From contig JBKBJW010000001.1 in the NCBI GenBank assembly GCA_046294385.1, positions 131,588-195,587 of the forward strand: a stretch of 64,000 bases of DNA, in the 5' to 3' direction. Origin of the DNA: Brevundimonas sp. (lineage in GTDB: Bacteria; Pseudomonadota; Alphaproteobacteria; Caulobacterales; Caulobacteraceae). This document shows, piece after piece, positions 26,732 through 36,330 of this stretch. Under the pieces are notes generated by a model. It was not told the DNA's origin. It did not search any database and worked only from the letters and a program-made list of their open reading frames with translations. Every line of letters starts with the position of its first letter. The first letter of the stretch is position 1. The position numbers were made by a program, and so were the translations under genes.

Positions 26732-28005
26732 GGCACCGCGCGGCCTTCCTCGAACCACTGGAATATCTGGTCCACGGTCACCGTCTCGGGACCTTCAAGG
26801 CGCAGGGCCGTAGGGATGTCCGACAGCCGCACCTGGCCATCAGCGGACACCCGGATGGGCCGGTGCGGGCCGTTGTACACGCTTGGGGGTGCCAGATAGG
26901 TCCGCCAGTCCTGCGGGACGGCTTCGAGCCAACCGGGAAACTCGGCCTCGACCCAGCCGAGGTCGGGCGTTTCGCGCGGCGCTTCGGGCCGGTCCAGGCT
27001 CAGGATAAGCACGGACTCTCCGCGCGCCGGGCACTGTTCACCGCGCTGTGCGAAATAGTCGGGCAGGTCGTTGAAATTGAAGGTTCGCGCCCCCGGCGGG
27101 CCATGTTCGTACCAGACATCGGGATCGTCGCTGCCTCCCACCGACCACTGGCTATCAAGGATGAACGATGCATCGCCGCGCTGGACCGTCAGGACACCGT
27201 GTTCGCCTTCAGAACTTGGCCCTGTCACGCGGCACTGATCCACCCGCGTCTGCACCAGACCGGTCGCCTTGCTGAAGAAGGCATCGACTGGATAGCTTTC
27301 CCGGATGTCGCGCGCGCCTTCGTCCCGTCGGGCGCGCAAACGCGTCAGCAGCACGTCATCGTCATAAGCGACGGGCTCCAGCGCAAGTACACTGCCGTCC
27401 GCGTCCCGGAAAACCAGATACTGCAGCGAGGGATCCAGAGTCGGATCACCGCCGCAAGAATTCGTCCGGTCGTTTCGAAACTCCGAAGCGCCCCGGTCCC
27501 AGAAATCCACCGCCTTGTGCCGCCCTGCGGCGACTGCCTTTTCATTCAGCCGGACCAGCACTTCGAGAAAGATGCTGGTTTCACGCAGATCGCTGAAAGC
27601 GTGCCATAACGGCTGCGACCATTCGCCGTCATAGAAGTACGGGCGGCGCAGTATCGCGAGTGAGAAGCGGTCGGGAGACTCGCCCTTCAGGCGCTCGATG
27701 ACCAGGGCCGCGTCGGGCTGCCGCCAAGGTGTCGATCCACCGTAATCGCACTGCTCAGACCAGGTTCCGGCGAGTCCGGCTTCCGGCAACTGATCATCGT
27801 CGACCCATGTGTCGAACTGGCGAGGGCATTGCCGTGGCCCGCGTGGCTCCACGGACACCCAGTCGATGGTCGCCGCCTCGTTCACGAGTTGGCTGACGTT
27901 GGGTTCGAAATAGCTCTCGTACAAGTTCCAATTCGACATGCTGCACGACAGCGCTGGCGTGGCCACGCTGGCGAACGCAAAAACCGTCATTGTGGCCAGA
28001 CGCAT
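26728..28005 (-). CDS. Hypothetical secreted protein
   Basis: 425-aa ORF, signal peptide followed by Cys-Ser; somewhat less GC-rich than the flanks. Confidence 0.7.
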   Translation of the reverse strand: MRLATMTVFAFASVATPALSCSMSNWNLYESYFEPNVSQLVNEAATIDWVSVEPRGPRQCPRQFDTWVDDDQLPEAGLAGTWSEQCDYGGSTPWRQPDAALVIERLKGESPDRFSLAILRRPYFYDGEWSQPLWHAFSDLRETSIFLEVLVRLNEKAVAAGRHKAVDFWDRGASEFRNDRTNSCGGDPTLDPSLQYLVFRDADGSVLALEPVAYDDDVLLTRLRARRDEGARDIRESYPVDAFFSKATGLVQTRVDQCRVTGPSSEGEHGVLTVQRGDASFILDSQWSVGGSDDPDVWYEHGPPGARTFNFNDLPDYFAQRGEQCPARGESVLILSLDRPEAPRETPDLGWVEAEFPGWLEAVPQDWRTYLAPPSVYNGPHRPIRVSADGQVRLSDIPTALRLEGPETVTVDQIFQWFEEGRAVP

Positions 28006-28309
28006 GTTCGGGCTCCCCTTGATCGAACCCTGAACGGGGATTGTGACGCTGTCGAGATGACCAGTTTCCGGAAGCCGCCAGAGCGAAATCCGGGCGCAGG
28101 CGGACGCCGACCAGAACCGCGCCCGGGCGCGGGCCGCGCGTGAACTGGCCGCTGGCGACGCCGCCGCCCCGGGCCGCTCTGGAACCTTGCCTGCAACAGA
28201 CTCCGAACCTCGGTTAGCGACCGAACCGCCGCCGCGGCGCTGCGTTTGCGTGTATCGGCCCGGGATCGCGTTTGCGGTCCCGAACCGGGACGGTTGGAGC
28301 GCGCGTCAC

Positions 28310-29527
28310 ATGTTCGAGTTCGGCAAGGACTTGAGGAAACTCTTCGCCCAGGCACGCGAAAGCGATGACCTCGGCTGGGTCGAGCTGATCGGCGTCGAAC
28401 TCTTGAAGGGCGAGGCCGCGCGGCAGTCGACGGATGCCGGGCGCGTTTCCTGCCCCCGCCCCTTCGCCGCCTGGATGCGCACCTCGGCCCTGTGGCGCGA
28501 ACACGCAAGGCGTACGGGCGTCGGTTCTAGCCTTGAGCGCGCATCCAACGCCTGCGCCGACGCCACCAAGGCCGCCCGCACTGCCGCCGACCACGCCCAC
28601 GCCGCCGTCGAGCGCGCGGAGATCGCGCTGCTACGCTTCGACCTGTGCGGCGGACTGGAACATCTGGCCGAGGCCGAGGCCGTCATCGCCGAGGCCAAGG
28701 GCCCGACCCGCACGGCGGCCAGCGCCCACGCCCGCCTGCGGGCACGCCAGGCGCGGCTGACCGACAAGCAAGGTGCCCTGCTGGACGCCGCCGCCCTGAT
28801 GGACGCGGCCTTGCATGATCTGGGCAATGCGCCCTCGCCCGCCCGCGACGAGCTGCGGCTGGAGCGGGCCATGCTGGGGCTTGAGGCCGGGGTGACCCGC
28901 CGTGACGCGCGCCTGCTGGATCAGGCCGGGCGGGATCTGAAAATTCTCGTCGAGGGTGCCGCGCCGGACGAACGGCCTCTGACCCGCGCTCGTGCCTTGG
29001 CCCTGTGCGGCTCAGGCCTGAGGGCGCTGGGGGCGCTCGCCAACGACGTGACGGCGATGGAACAGGGCGCGGCCATGTTCGATGCCGCCGCGGACCAGTT
29101 CACCCCCGATCACAGCCCGCTGGACTGGGTTGCGGTGCAGGTGCTGCGCATCGACGAGCAGCCGCCGGTTGCGGTTCTGTCCCAGGCCCAGGCGCTGAGC
29201 GCCGGCGGGGGGCTGGTGCTGGGCGCGCTCGCCCGCGAATGCCGTTTCGCCCGCGAGGCGGCGCTGGCGGAGAACAACGGCGATGTGCAGCGGCTGGATA
29301 CGCTGGATGCGGCCCTGAGGAAGCGTCTGGCCAAACCCGCCGCGTCCGACGGCCCTCTGGACTGGGCCGCCGACCAGATCGGTCTGGCCCATGTGGCTCT
29401 GGCCCGCGAGCGGCTGACCGGATCCAAGCCCGCCGCCATCGGCATGATGCTGGTGGAGGCGGCTGCGACGGCGCGCGAGCTGGGGGTCGGCGTGCTGGCC
29501 GCCCGCGCGGACCGCCTAGCCGCCTAA
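28310..29527 (+). CDS. Hypothetical alpha-helical (TPR-like) protein
   Basis: Ala/Leu-rich helical repeats; 'PLDW' occurs twice; start MFEFGKDLRKLF. Confidence 0.7.
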   Translation: MFEFGKDLRKLFAQARESDDLGWVELIGVELLKGEAARQSTDAGRVSCPRPFAAWMRTSALWREHARRTGVGSSLERASNACADATKAARTAADHAHAAVERAEIALLRFDLCGGLEHLAEAEAVIAEAKGPTRTAASAHARLRARQARLTDKQGALLDAAALMDAALHDLGNAPSPARDELRLERAMLGLEAGVTRRDARLLDQAGRDLKILVEGAAPDERPLTRARALALCGSGLRALGALANDVTAMEQGAAMFDAAADQFTPDHSPLDWVAVQVLRIDEQPPVAVLSQAQALSAGGGLVLGALARECRFAREAALAENNGDVQRLDTLDAALRKRLAKPAASDGPLDWAADQIGLAHVALARERLTGSKPAAIGMMLVEAAATARELGVGVLAARADRLAA

Positions 29528-30310
29528 AGCCACGAACGGTCCGTTGAGGAAGCGCGGCTTGCCGTAGCCGAGCGGCTGACCATCCTCGCCCAACACCCGG
29601 CCGCCGGCCGCCTCAAGGACCGCCTGTCCCGCCGCCGTGTCCCATTCCGAGGTCGGGCCGGTGCGGGGATAGGCGTCGAAGCGCCCCTCGGCGATCAGGC
29701 AGAATTTCAGCGACGAATCCATGCCCTGCCACAGGGCGCAGCCATGGCGGGCGATCAGGCGGGCAGCCTCGTCATCCTTGACGCTGTGACTCAACAAGGC
29801 GTGGGCAACGTCCGGACGCGGGCGCACGCTGACAGGCCGCCAGGCCTCACCGAAACGGCGGCGAAGGGCGACGGTCTTGCCGTCCTGCAGGCCCGAAGCC
29901 CAGGTCACGCCCGTCGCCGGTGCCGTCACAACGCCCGCCACCGGTTTGCCGTCATGCATCAGGGCAATGTTGACCGTGAAGGCCTCGCCGCCGCGCACGA
30001 ACCCCTTGGTGCCGTCCAGCGGATCGATCAGCCAGAACCAGTCCTCGGCGGCCGCGGGCGCGCCGTCGGCGGCAACAGCCTCTTCCGCCACGGTCTGTAC
30101 GCCGGGATAAAGGGCTTCCAGCCGGCTCAGGATCAGGGCCTCCGCTTCCTGGTCCGCCAGGGTCACGGGGCTGTCGTCGGCCTTGGTCTGCACCTGCGTC
30201 GCCGCAGCCCGCCAGTAGGGCAGGATCACGCGGGCGGCGTCTTCGGCGATCTCGGCGAGGATGTCGGTCAGGGCGCCCGACGTCAGGGCTGCCTTCAGGG
30301 TTTTGCTCAT
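29516..30310 (-). CDS. cysQ: 3'(2'),5'-bisphosphate nucleotidase CysQ
   Basis: 'KADDSPVTLAD', 'WLIDPLDGTK', 'FTVNIAL' and 'EWDTAAGQAVLEAAGG'. Confidence 0.9.
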   Translation of the reverse strand: MSKTLKAALTSGALTDILAEIAEDAARVILPYWRAAATQVQTKADDSPVTLADQEAEALILSRLEALYPGVQTVAEEAVAADGAPAAAEDWFWLIDPLDGTKGFVRGGEAFTVNIALMHDGKPVAGVVTAPATGVTWASGLQDGKTVALRRRFGEAWRPVSVRPRPDVAHALLSHSVKDDEAARLIARHGCALWQGMDSSLKFCLIAEGRFDAYPRTGPTSEWDTAAGQAVLEAAGGRVLGEDGQPLGYGKPRFLNGPFVALGG

Positions 30311-30404
30311 GGCGGCGCAGATAGACCATTCGCGCGGTTTCCCGAACCGGCAAATCACGTCAGCCTCGCGCAAGTTTTCGAATAACGCCTGCCGCAAGCG
30401 AGCC

Positions 30405-31076
30405 ATGACCCTCAGCGCCGTATCCGACCGCCCTGCCGTCGACCTGCCCGTGGATGGCCAGGAGCTGGCCACCTACATCGCGGCCAAGCTGTGCCATGAC
30501 TTCATCAGCCCGGCAGGGGCCATCGTCTCCGGCCTGGATCTGATCAAGGATCCTTCGGCCCAGGACATGCGCGACGACGCCATGGGCCTGATCGACCAGA
30601 GCGCCCGCAAACTGGTGGCGCTGGTGCATTTCGCTCGTGTGGCCTTCGGTGCCGCGACGACCAGCGAACGATTTTCTGGAACAGAGCTTCAGGGGCTCGT
30701 CGCCGGCATGACCGAGGGTGGCCGCGCGACCGTCGACTGGCAGGTGACCGAGGAGGGTTTCGGCAAGCCGGCGGCCCGCGCCCTGGTCAATCTGGCCTAT
30801 CTGACCGCCGGTGCCCTGCCGATGGGCGGGGTGGCGACCATCACCGCCCGGCGCGAGGGTGCGGAGCTGTGGATTGAAGGCGTGGCCGAGGGCGGGCGCG
30901 CCCGGCTGAAGCCCGAGGCCGTCACCGGCCTGTCGGGTGCCCGACTGACCGAGGGCCTGCCCGGCCAATGGATCCAGCCCTACTGGCTGTGGCTGACCGT
31001 GGCCCAGGCCGGCGGAACGCTGAATGTAACGACTGAAGAGGGGCGGGTCGTGCTGTCCGCGCGGATGCCCGCCTGA
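30405..31076 (+). CDS. chpT: Histidine phosphotransferase ChpT
   Basis: 'AAKLCHDFISPAGAIVSGLDL', degenerate CA domain, 'WIQPY'. Confidence 0.92.
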   Translation: MTLSAVSDRPAVDLPVDGQELATYIAAKLCHDFISPAGAIVSGLDLIKDPSAQDMRDDAMGLIDQSARKLVALVHFARVAFGAATTSERFSGTELQGLVAGMTEGGRATVDWQVTEEGFGKPAARALVNLAYLTAGALPMGGVATITARREGAELWIEGVAEGGRARLKPEAVTGLSGARLTEGLPGQWIQPYWLWLTVAQAGGTLNVTTEEGRVVLSARMPA

Positions 31077-31092
31077 CCGTTAGCCGTGTTGC

Positions 31093-31122
31093 TTAAGGGG
31101 CTTTCCCAACGCCTCGTTAACC
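31093..31122 (+). promoter_or_regulatory. Probable CtrA site(s) upstream of the cheY-like gene
   Basis: TTAA at 31093; CCAA-N7-TTAACC at 31106-31122. Confidence 0.5.
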
Positions 31123-31179
31123 GGCTGGCGGTGATCATAAGACGAACGCGAGCGGGGGCCGCGTCAACGAGGTCCGGCT

Positions 31180-31551
31180 TTGAATCCAAGAACCTGTCTG
31201 ATCGTCGACGACAGCCGGATCATCCGGAAGGTCGCCCGCCGCATCGTCGAGTCCCTCGGATTCGAGGTCGATGAAGCCGCGGACGGTGCCGATGCGCTCG
31301 CCTTCTGTGCCGCAACCATGCCCGAGGTCGTGCTGCTGGACTGGAACATGCCGGTGATGGACGGTCTGACCTTCCTGCGCCGCCTGCGGTCGCTGCCGGG
31401 CGGCGCGTCGCCGAAGGTGCTGTTCTGCACCATCGAGACCCGCGCTGAGCGCATTGCCGAGGCCCTGTCCGCCGGTGCCGACGACTATGTGATGAAGCCG
31501 TTCGACGGCGAGATCCTGCAGTCGAAATTCGCCGAAGTGGGAGCCGTCTGA
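31180..31551 (+). CDS. cheY: CheY-like single-domain response regulator
   Basis: 'LIVDDS', 'LLDWNMPVMDG' and 'YVMKPF'. Confidence 0.8.
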   Translation: MNPRTCLIVDDSRIIRKVARRIVESLGFEVDEAADGADALAFCAATMPEVVLLDWNMPVMDGLTFLRRLRSLPGGASPKVLFCTIETRAERIAEALSAGADDYVMKPFDGEILQSKFAEVGAV

Positions 31552-31558
31552 CGCGCCC

Positions 31559-32374
31559 ATGACCCCCGAGGATTTCGAACGTCTGCAAGCCCTGATGGCC
31601 TCGCGCGCCGGCTACCGCCTGGCGCGTGACCGCGTGCAGCTGGCCAATCACCGTTTGGGTCCGGTGGCCCGGCGCGAAGGCTTCGACACGGTCGAAGACC
31701 TGCTCGGCGCCTTGTGGTCAAAGCCCGTCGCCTCCCAGGCCTGGGCCGTTATCGAGGCTCTGCTGAACCCCGAGACCTGGTTCCGGCGCGAGCCCGCGAC
31801 ATTCAACGTCTTCGCCCGTGAACTTTTGCCCGCTCTCTCCCAGGCCCGGGCCGGCCAGCCGATCCGCATCTGGTCCGCCGGCTGTTCGACAGGCCAGGAA
31901 GCCTGGTCGCTGGCCATCGGCGCGCGCGAGTGCGGGGCCGACGTCGAAATCCTCGCCACCGACCTGAACGCCCGCGCGCTGGATAAGGCCCGGGCCGGTG
32001 CCTACACCGGCTTCGAGATCCAGCGCGGCCTGTCGGCGCGGGTCATGCTCAATTGGTTCGATCAGGTCGAGGACCAGTGGGTCGCCAATCCGGCATTGCG
32101 CGGCACCGTCCGCTTCGAGCGCGCCAACCTGCTGGAAGAGCCGGCCGATCCGGCGAAATTCGACGTCATCTTCTGTCGCCACGTGCTTTGCGACATGGAT
32201 GCCGGCAAGCGCGCCGCCGTGATCGACATCCTCGAACGCCGTCTGGTGGATGACGGCTGCCTGTTCCTCGGCGGCGATGAGCGGCTGGAAGGCGACACGA
32301 TGGCCTTCCGCCCCGTCAGCGGCCGCAAGGGCCTGTATGTGAAGGCGCCGTCGATGCTGCGCCGGGCCGCCTGA
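31559..32374 (+). CDS. cheR: CheR-type protein-glutamate methyltransferase
   Basis: 'IRIWSAGCSTGQEAWS', 'ILATD' and 'FDVIFCRHVL'. Confidence 0.88.
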   Translation: MTPEDFERLQALMASRAGYRLARDRVQLANHRLGPVARREGFDTVEDLLGALWSKPVASQAWAVIEALLNPETWFRREPATFNVFARELLPALSQARAGQPIRIWSAGCSTGQEAWSLAIGARECGADVEILATDLNARALDKARAGAYTGFEIQRGLSARVMLNWFDQVEDQWVANPALRGTVRFERANLLEEPADPAKFDVIFCRHVLCDMDAGKRAAVIDILERRLVDDGCLFLGGDERLEGDTMAFRPVSGRKGLYVKAPSMLRRAA

Positions 32375-32433
32375 TACCCCTTACCTTCAGCTCGAACCCC
32401 GCCTAGGCTCACTTCCTCATTCGGAGGGGTTCG

Positions 32434-34305
32434 ATGATGCGTCTCGGCTGGCTGTTCGGCGCCCTGGTCGCCGCCTTCGCTCTCGCCGTCTGGGCCTGCC
32501 AGTCGCCGGCACCGGTCCCGGCCTCGGCGCCTGCCTCGGAATTTTCCGCCATGCGCGCCATGGCTGATGTACGCGAGATCGCACAGCGGCCCCACCCCGT
32601 CGGCTCGGCCGACCACACACGGGTCGAGGCTTGGCTGTACGGCCGGATGACAGAGCTGAGCCTCGCTCCCCAGGTCCAGACCGGCCCGCTGGCACCCGAC
32701 TCGGTCAAGCGGCTGGAGCGCTGGGGGCTTCCCGCGGGGCCTGAGATCGAGGTTCGCAACCTTGTCGGCATCTTCCCGGGCCGCGATCCCGCCCTGCCCG
32801 CCGTTCTGGTCATGGCCCACTACGATTCCTCGGCGAAATCGCCCGGCGCGGCCGATGACGGGGCGGGGGTGGCTTCGGTGCTCGAGGCGGTGCGGGCCCT
32901 GAAGGCTCGGGGTCCGCTGGACCGCGACCTGATCGTCCTGATGACCGACGGCGAGGAGCTGGGTCTCGACGGGGCCCGTGTCTTCTTCAGCGACCATCCG
33001 TGGCGCGAGCGCGTCGGGGCTGTGGTCAACCTCGAGGCCCGGGGCGGTGGCGGCCGCGCCATGATGTTCGAGACCGGCCAGGGCAACGCCGAGACCATCG
33101 GACTGTTCGCCCGCGCGGCACCGCATGTGACCGGAGGGGTCACGTCCAATGCCCTGGCGGTCTTCGTCTATGAGTTGATGCCCAACGGCACCGATTTCAC
33201 CATCAACAAGGATCGAGGCATCGGTGGGCTGAACTTCGCCTTCATCGGTCGCCCGGACCAGTATCACGCCGCCGCCTCGACCCCCGAAGCGCTTGATGTC
33301 GGCAGCGTCCAGCATCTCGGGTCCCAGGCGCTGGAAAGCCTCGACGCCATGACCCACGCTCGCGTTCTGCCGCAAGCCGGCGGTGACGCCGTCTATTCGG
33401 ACCTGTTCGGCCTCGTGATCCTCAGCCACTCGCCCGCGATGGGCTGGCTACTGCTGGCGTTTGCCCTCGGTCTCACGGGCTTCGCCGGTTGGCGTGCACT
33501 GACGCATGCGGAGCTGGAGCTGAAGGATGTCGGACGCGGCGCGGTCGACGGGGTGTGGTTCCTGACGGCAGGCTTCGTCCTGACCCACGCCGTGCGGCTG
33601 CTGGCCGGACCGATCATGTCGCGGCCGCAGAGCCCGTCGACCTACTACGACCTGTTGGAGCGGATGCCGTGGATGGAGGCGGCGACGGCCCTGACGGTGT
33701 TGGCGCTGGTGCTGGCGCTGCTGGCCGGGCGAGGGCGCACGGATCGCCGGATCATGGCTGGGCTGATGACTCTGGCGACCCTCGCCGTGGCTGTGTTCGA
33801 GGGCCTGAACATCATCGTCCTCGGCGCCGGCGTGATTGCGACCGGGCTGTCGTTCTTCCCTCATCTGGCGTCGCGCTCGACCTGGGGCGGATGGCTGGGG
33901 CTGATCGGCCTGGTCCTGCTGTTCGGTTTCGGCGCACAGGTCTTCGCACCCACGACCGCTTTCCTGTTCCTTTGGCCCGCCCTGCTGGCGGCGGGGGTCG
34001 CCGCCTCGGCCTCCTGGTTCGACCCCGGCCTGACCCGCCCCCAATCCCTCGCGCCGGCGGCCGTCGCTGCGGCGCTTGGCACCGGCTGGCTGATGAGCCT
34101 CGCCCATCCCGTCTTCCTCGGTATCGGCATGGACCTGCCTGGCGTCCTGGCCCTGCTGGGCCTGATCGGGCTGATCTTCATCCGCCCGCTATCCCCTGAG
34201 ACCCGCATGGCGCGGCCCCTGATGATCGCCGCCGTTGTGGGGCTTCTGGCCGCAGCGGGGTTGTCGGGATACGCGCAAGTCGCCGAGCCGCCCGCCGCCG
34301 AGTGA
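32434..34305 (+). CDS. M28 family metallopeptidase with C-terminal membrane domain
   Basis: 'MAHYDS', 'GAADDGAG', 'DGEELGL', 'NLEARG' and 'YH'; multiple C-terminal TMs. Confidence 0.9.
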   Translation: MMRLGWLFGALVAAFALAVWACQSPAPVPASAPASEFSAMRAMADVREIAQRPHPVGSADHTRVEAWLYGRMTELSLAPQVQTGPLAPDSVKRLERWGLPAGPEIEVRNLVGIFPGRDPALPAVLVMAHYDSSAKSPGAADDGAGVASVLEAVRALKARGPLDRDLIVLMTDGEELGLDGARVFFSDHPWRERVGAVVNLEARGGGGRAMMFETGQGNAETIGLFARAAPHVTGGVTSNALAVFVYELMPNGTDFTINKDRGIGGLNFAFIGRPDQYHAAASTPEALDVGSVQHLGSQALESLDAMTHARVLPQAGGDAVYSDLFGLVILSHSPAMGWLLLAFALGLTGFAGWRALTHAELELKDVGRGAVDGVWFLTAGFVLTHAVRLLAGPIMSRPQSPSTYYDLLERMPWMEAATALTVLALVLALLAGRGRTDRRIMAGLMTLATLAVAVFEGLNIIVLGAGVIATGLSFFPHLASRSTWGGWLGLIGLVLLFGFGAQVFAPTTAFLFLWPALLAAGVAASASWFDPGLTRPQSLAPAAVAAALGTGWLMSLAHPVFLGIGMDLPGVLALLGLIGLIFIRPLSPETRMARPLMIAAVVGLLAAAGLSGYAQVAEPPAAE

Positions 34306-34333
34306 CGTCAGAATCGGTCGCACCACCATGAAT

Positions 34334-34384
34334 GTTCCGTACATGTTCACGAGAACAACTTGTGAACCGGAACAAACCATGCAC
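34334..34384. promoter_or_regulatory. LexA (SOS) boxes upstream of recA
   Basis: GTTC-N7-GTTC at 34334-34348, GAAC-N7-GAAC at 34353-34367 and GAAC-N7-GCAC at 34370-34384 (alphaproteobacterial consensus). Confidence 0.9.
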
Positions 34385-34453
34385 ATATTCCGGCTCACAG
34401 GGAGCGGGTCACGGCCATTCACGGCCTAAGGCGGGCCTCTCCCCCGGATACCA

Positions 34454-35566
34454 ATGGGAATCATGGCAAGGGAGAGTGGCAAGGTGGCATCTCAGGCGAA
34501 TTTGAAATTGGTCAGCAGGGACGACGGCGACAAGCAACGCGCGCTGGAGGCGGCGATCGCCCAGATCGACCGCGCCTTCGGCAAGGGCTCAGTGATGAAG
34601 CTGGGCAAGGGCGGGGTCGCCGATGTGATCCCCTCGGTCTCGACCGGCTCGCTGGGTCTCGACATGGCACTCGGCATCGGCGGCCTGCCGCGCGGGCGGG
34701 TGATCGAGGTGTTCGGCCCCGAATCCTCGGGCAAGACGACCCTGGCTCTGCACACCGTGGCGGAAATCCAGAAGTCGGGCGGCACAGCCGCCTTTGTCGA
34801 CGCCGAACACGCGCTCGACCCGGGCTATGCCCAGAAGCTGGGCGTCAACCTGGATGACCTGCTGGTGTCGCAGCCCGACACGGGCGAGCAGGCGCTGGAG
34901 ATCGTCGACACCCTGGTGCGCTCCGGCGCCGTGGACATCGTGGTGGTCGACTCCGTCGCGGCGCTTACGCCCCGCGCGGAAATCGAGGGCGAGATGGGCG
35001 ACAGCCTGCCGGGCCTGCAGGCCCGCCTGATGAGCCAGGCGCTGCGCAAGCTGACCGGCTCGATCAACAAGTCGCAGTGCATCGTGCTGTTCATCAACCA
35101 GATCCGACACAAGATCGGCGTCATGTACGGCTCGCCGGAAACGACGACCGGCGGCAATGCGCTGAAGTTCTACGCCTCTGTCCGCCTCGACATCCGCCGC
35201 ACCGGCGCGATCAAGGACCGCGATGAAGTCGTCGGCAACACCACCCGCGTGAAGGTGGTCAAGAACAAGGTCGCCCCGCCGTTCCGCGAGGTCATCTTCG
35301 ACATCATGTACGGCGAGGGCATCTCCAAGCTGGGCGAGATCATCGATCTGGGCGTCAAGGCCGGGGTGATCGAGAAGTCGGGCAGTTGGTTCTCCTATGA
35401 CAGCCAGCGCATCGGCCAGGGCCGCGAGAACGTGCGCGCCTTCCTCAAGGCCAACCCGGACATGGCGGACTCCATCGAAAAGGCCGTCCGCGCCTCGACC
35501 AACAAGATCGCTGAGGAACTGCTGGGCGCGCCCGAACCTGACGAAGGCCAGGACCTCGAGGGCTAG
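34454..35566 (+). CDS. recA: Recombinase RecA (true start may be the GTG at 34484)
   Basis: 'GPESSGKTT', '[10 protein letters not shown]' and '[17 protein letters not shown]'. Confidence 0.99.
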   Translation: MGIMARESGKVASQANLKLVSRDDGDKQRALEAAIAQIDRAFGKGSVMKLGKGGVADVIPSVSTGSLGLDMALGIGGLPRGRVIEVFGPESSGKTTLALHTVAEIQKSGGTAAFVDAEHALDPGYAQKLGVNLDDLLVSQPDTGEQALEIVDTLVRSGAVDIVVVDSVAALTPRAEIEGEMGDSLPGLQARLMSQALRKLTGSINKSQCIVLFINQIRHKIGVMYGSPETTTGGNALKFYASVRLDIRRTGAIKDRDEVVGNTTRVKVVKNKVAPPFREVIFDIMYGEGISKLGEIIDLGVKAGVIEKSGSWFSYDSQRIGQGRENVRAFLKANPDMADSIEKAVRASTNKIAEELLGAPEPDEGQDLEG

Positions 35567-35572
35567 GACTAA

Positions 35573-35702
35573 ATCCTCCCCCATCGGGGGAGGTGGCGCG
35601 GCGCAGATATGCGTCGCGACGGAGGGGGCCGGCCTCATACGCCGGTGCCTGCCTTAAGCCCCCTCCACCACTGCGTGGTTCCCCTCCCCCATGGGGGAGG
35701 AT
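35573..35702. repeat. 130-bp intergenic palindromic element (CIR/RIME-like)
   Basis: Perfect 12-bp terminal inverted repeats ATCCTCCCCCAT/ATGGGGGAGGAT; internal GGAGGGGGC...GCCCCCTCC stem. Confidence 0.75.
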
Positions 35703-35766
35703 CCAGACTTCTCCGGCCGGGTCCTGCGACCCGCCGCCGACCCCGCCGGGCCGGGCCGGACGGAGC

Positions 35767-35802
35767 GGCCGCTCGATCCTCACGGATCGGGCGGCCTTTT
35801 TT
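35767..35802 (+). terminator. Intrinsic terminator downstream of recA
   Basis: 13-bp stem GGCCGCTCGATCC/GGATCGGGCGGCC followed by T6. Confidence 0.75.
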
Positions 35803-35805
35803 CGT

Positions 35806-36150
35806 TCAGCGCAGCCTGCGGACCAGGCCGGGGCGGATACGCAGGAAGGCGACATAGAGCCGCTCCAGCAGCGACAGCACCGTATCGTTCCGCGCCGCCA
35901 GCCCCAGGGGCCGCAACAGAGGGATCGCCCGCCACATGGCGGCGAAGGCGGCAGCGCCTGACAACATCACACCCGCCTCACGCGCATGGAACCGTGCCAG
36001 CAGCTCGGCCCGGTCGATGGGGCAGAAGCCGTCCCCGCTCGCGACGTCGATGAAGGTGATGGCACCACGCCGGTCCAGTCTGCGCATCAGGGCAATCTCG
36101 CGCCGACACAGGGGGCAGTCACCGTCAAACCAGACTTCGATATCAGACAT
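35806..36150 (-). CDS. DCC family thiol-disulfide oxidoreductase (DUF393)
   Basis: 'FDGDCPLC' motif. Confidence 0.88.
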   Translation of the reverse strand: MSDIEVWFDGDCPLCRREIALMRRLDRRGAITFIDVASGDGFCPIDRAELLARFHAREAGVMLSGAAAFAAMWRAIPLLRPLGLAARNDTVLSLLERLYVAFLRIRPGLVRRLR

Positions 36151-36330
36151 GATGTCCTTCTACAGTTGACCGGTCACAGACGCCCGCTTCGAAACCTCCT
36201 TGCGGCGATCGGTCCCGCCGGCGCCGGCGCCCCCAACCGCGCCGGCACCTCGCCCCTGATGCAAAGGCGACAAAACCCCTATATGACCGCCCTTCCTCCC
36301 TTGGCCGCCCTCGCCTGAAGACGAACCGTC

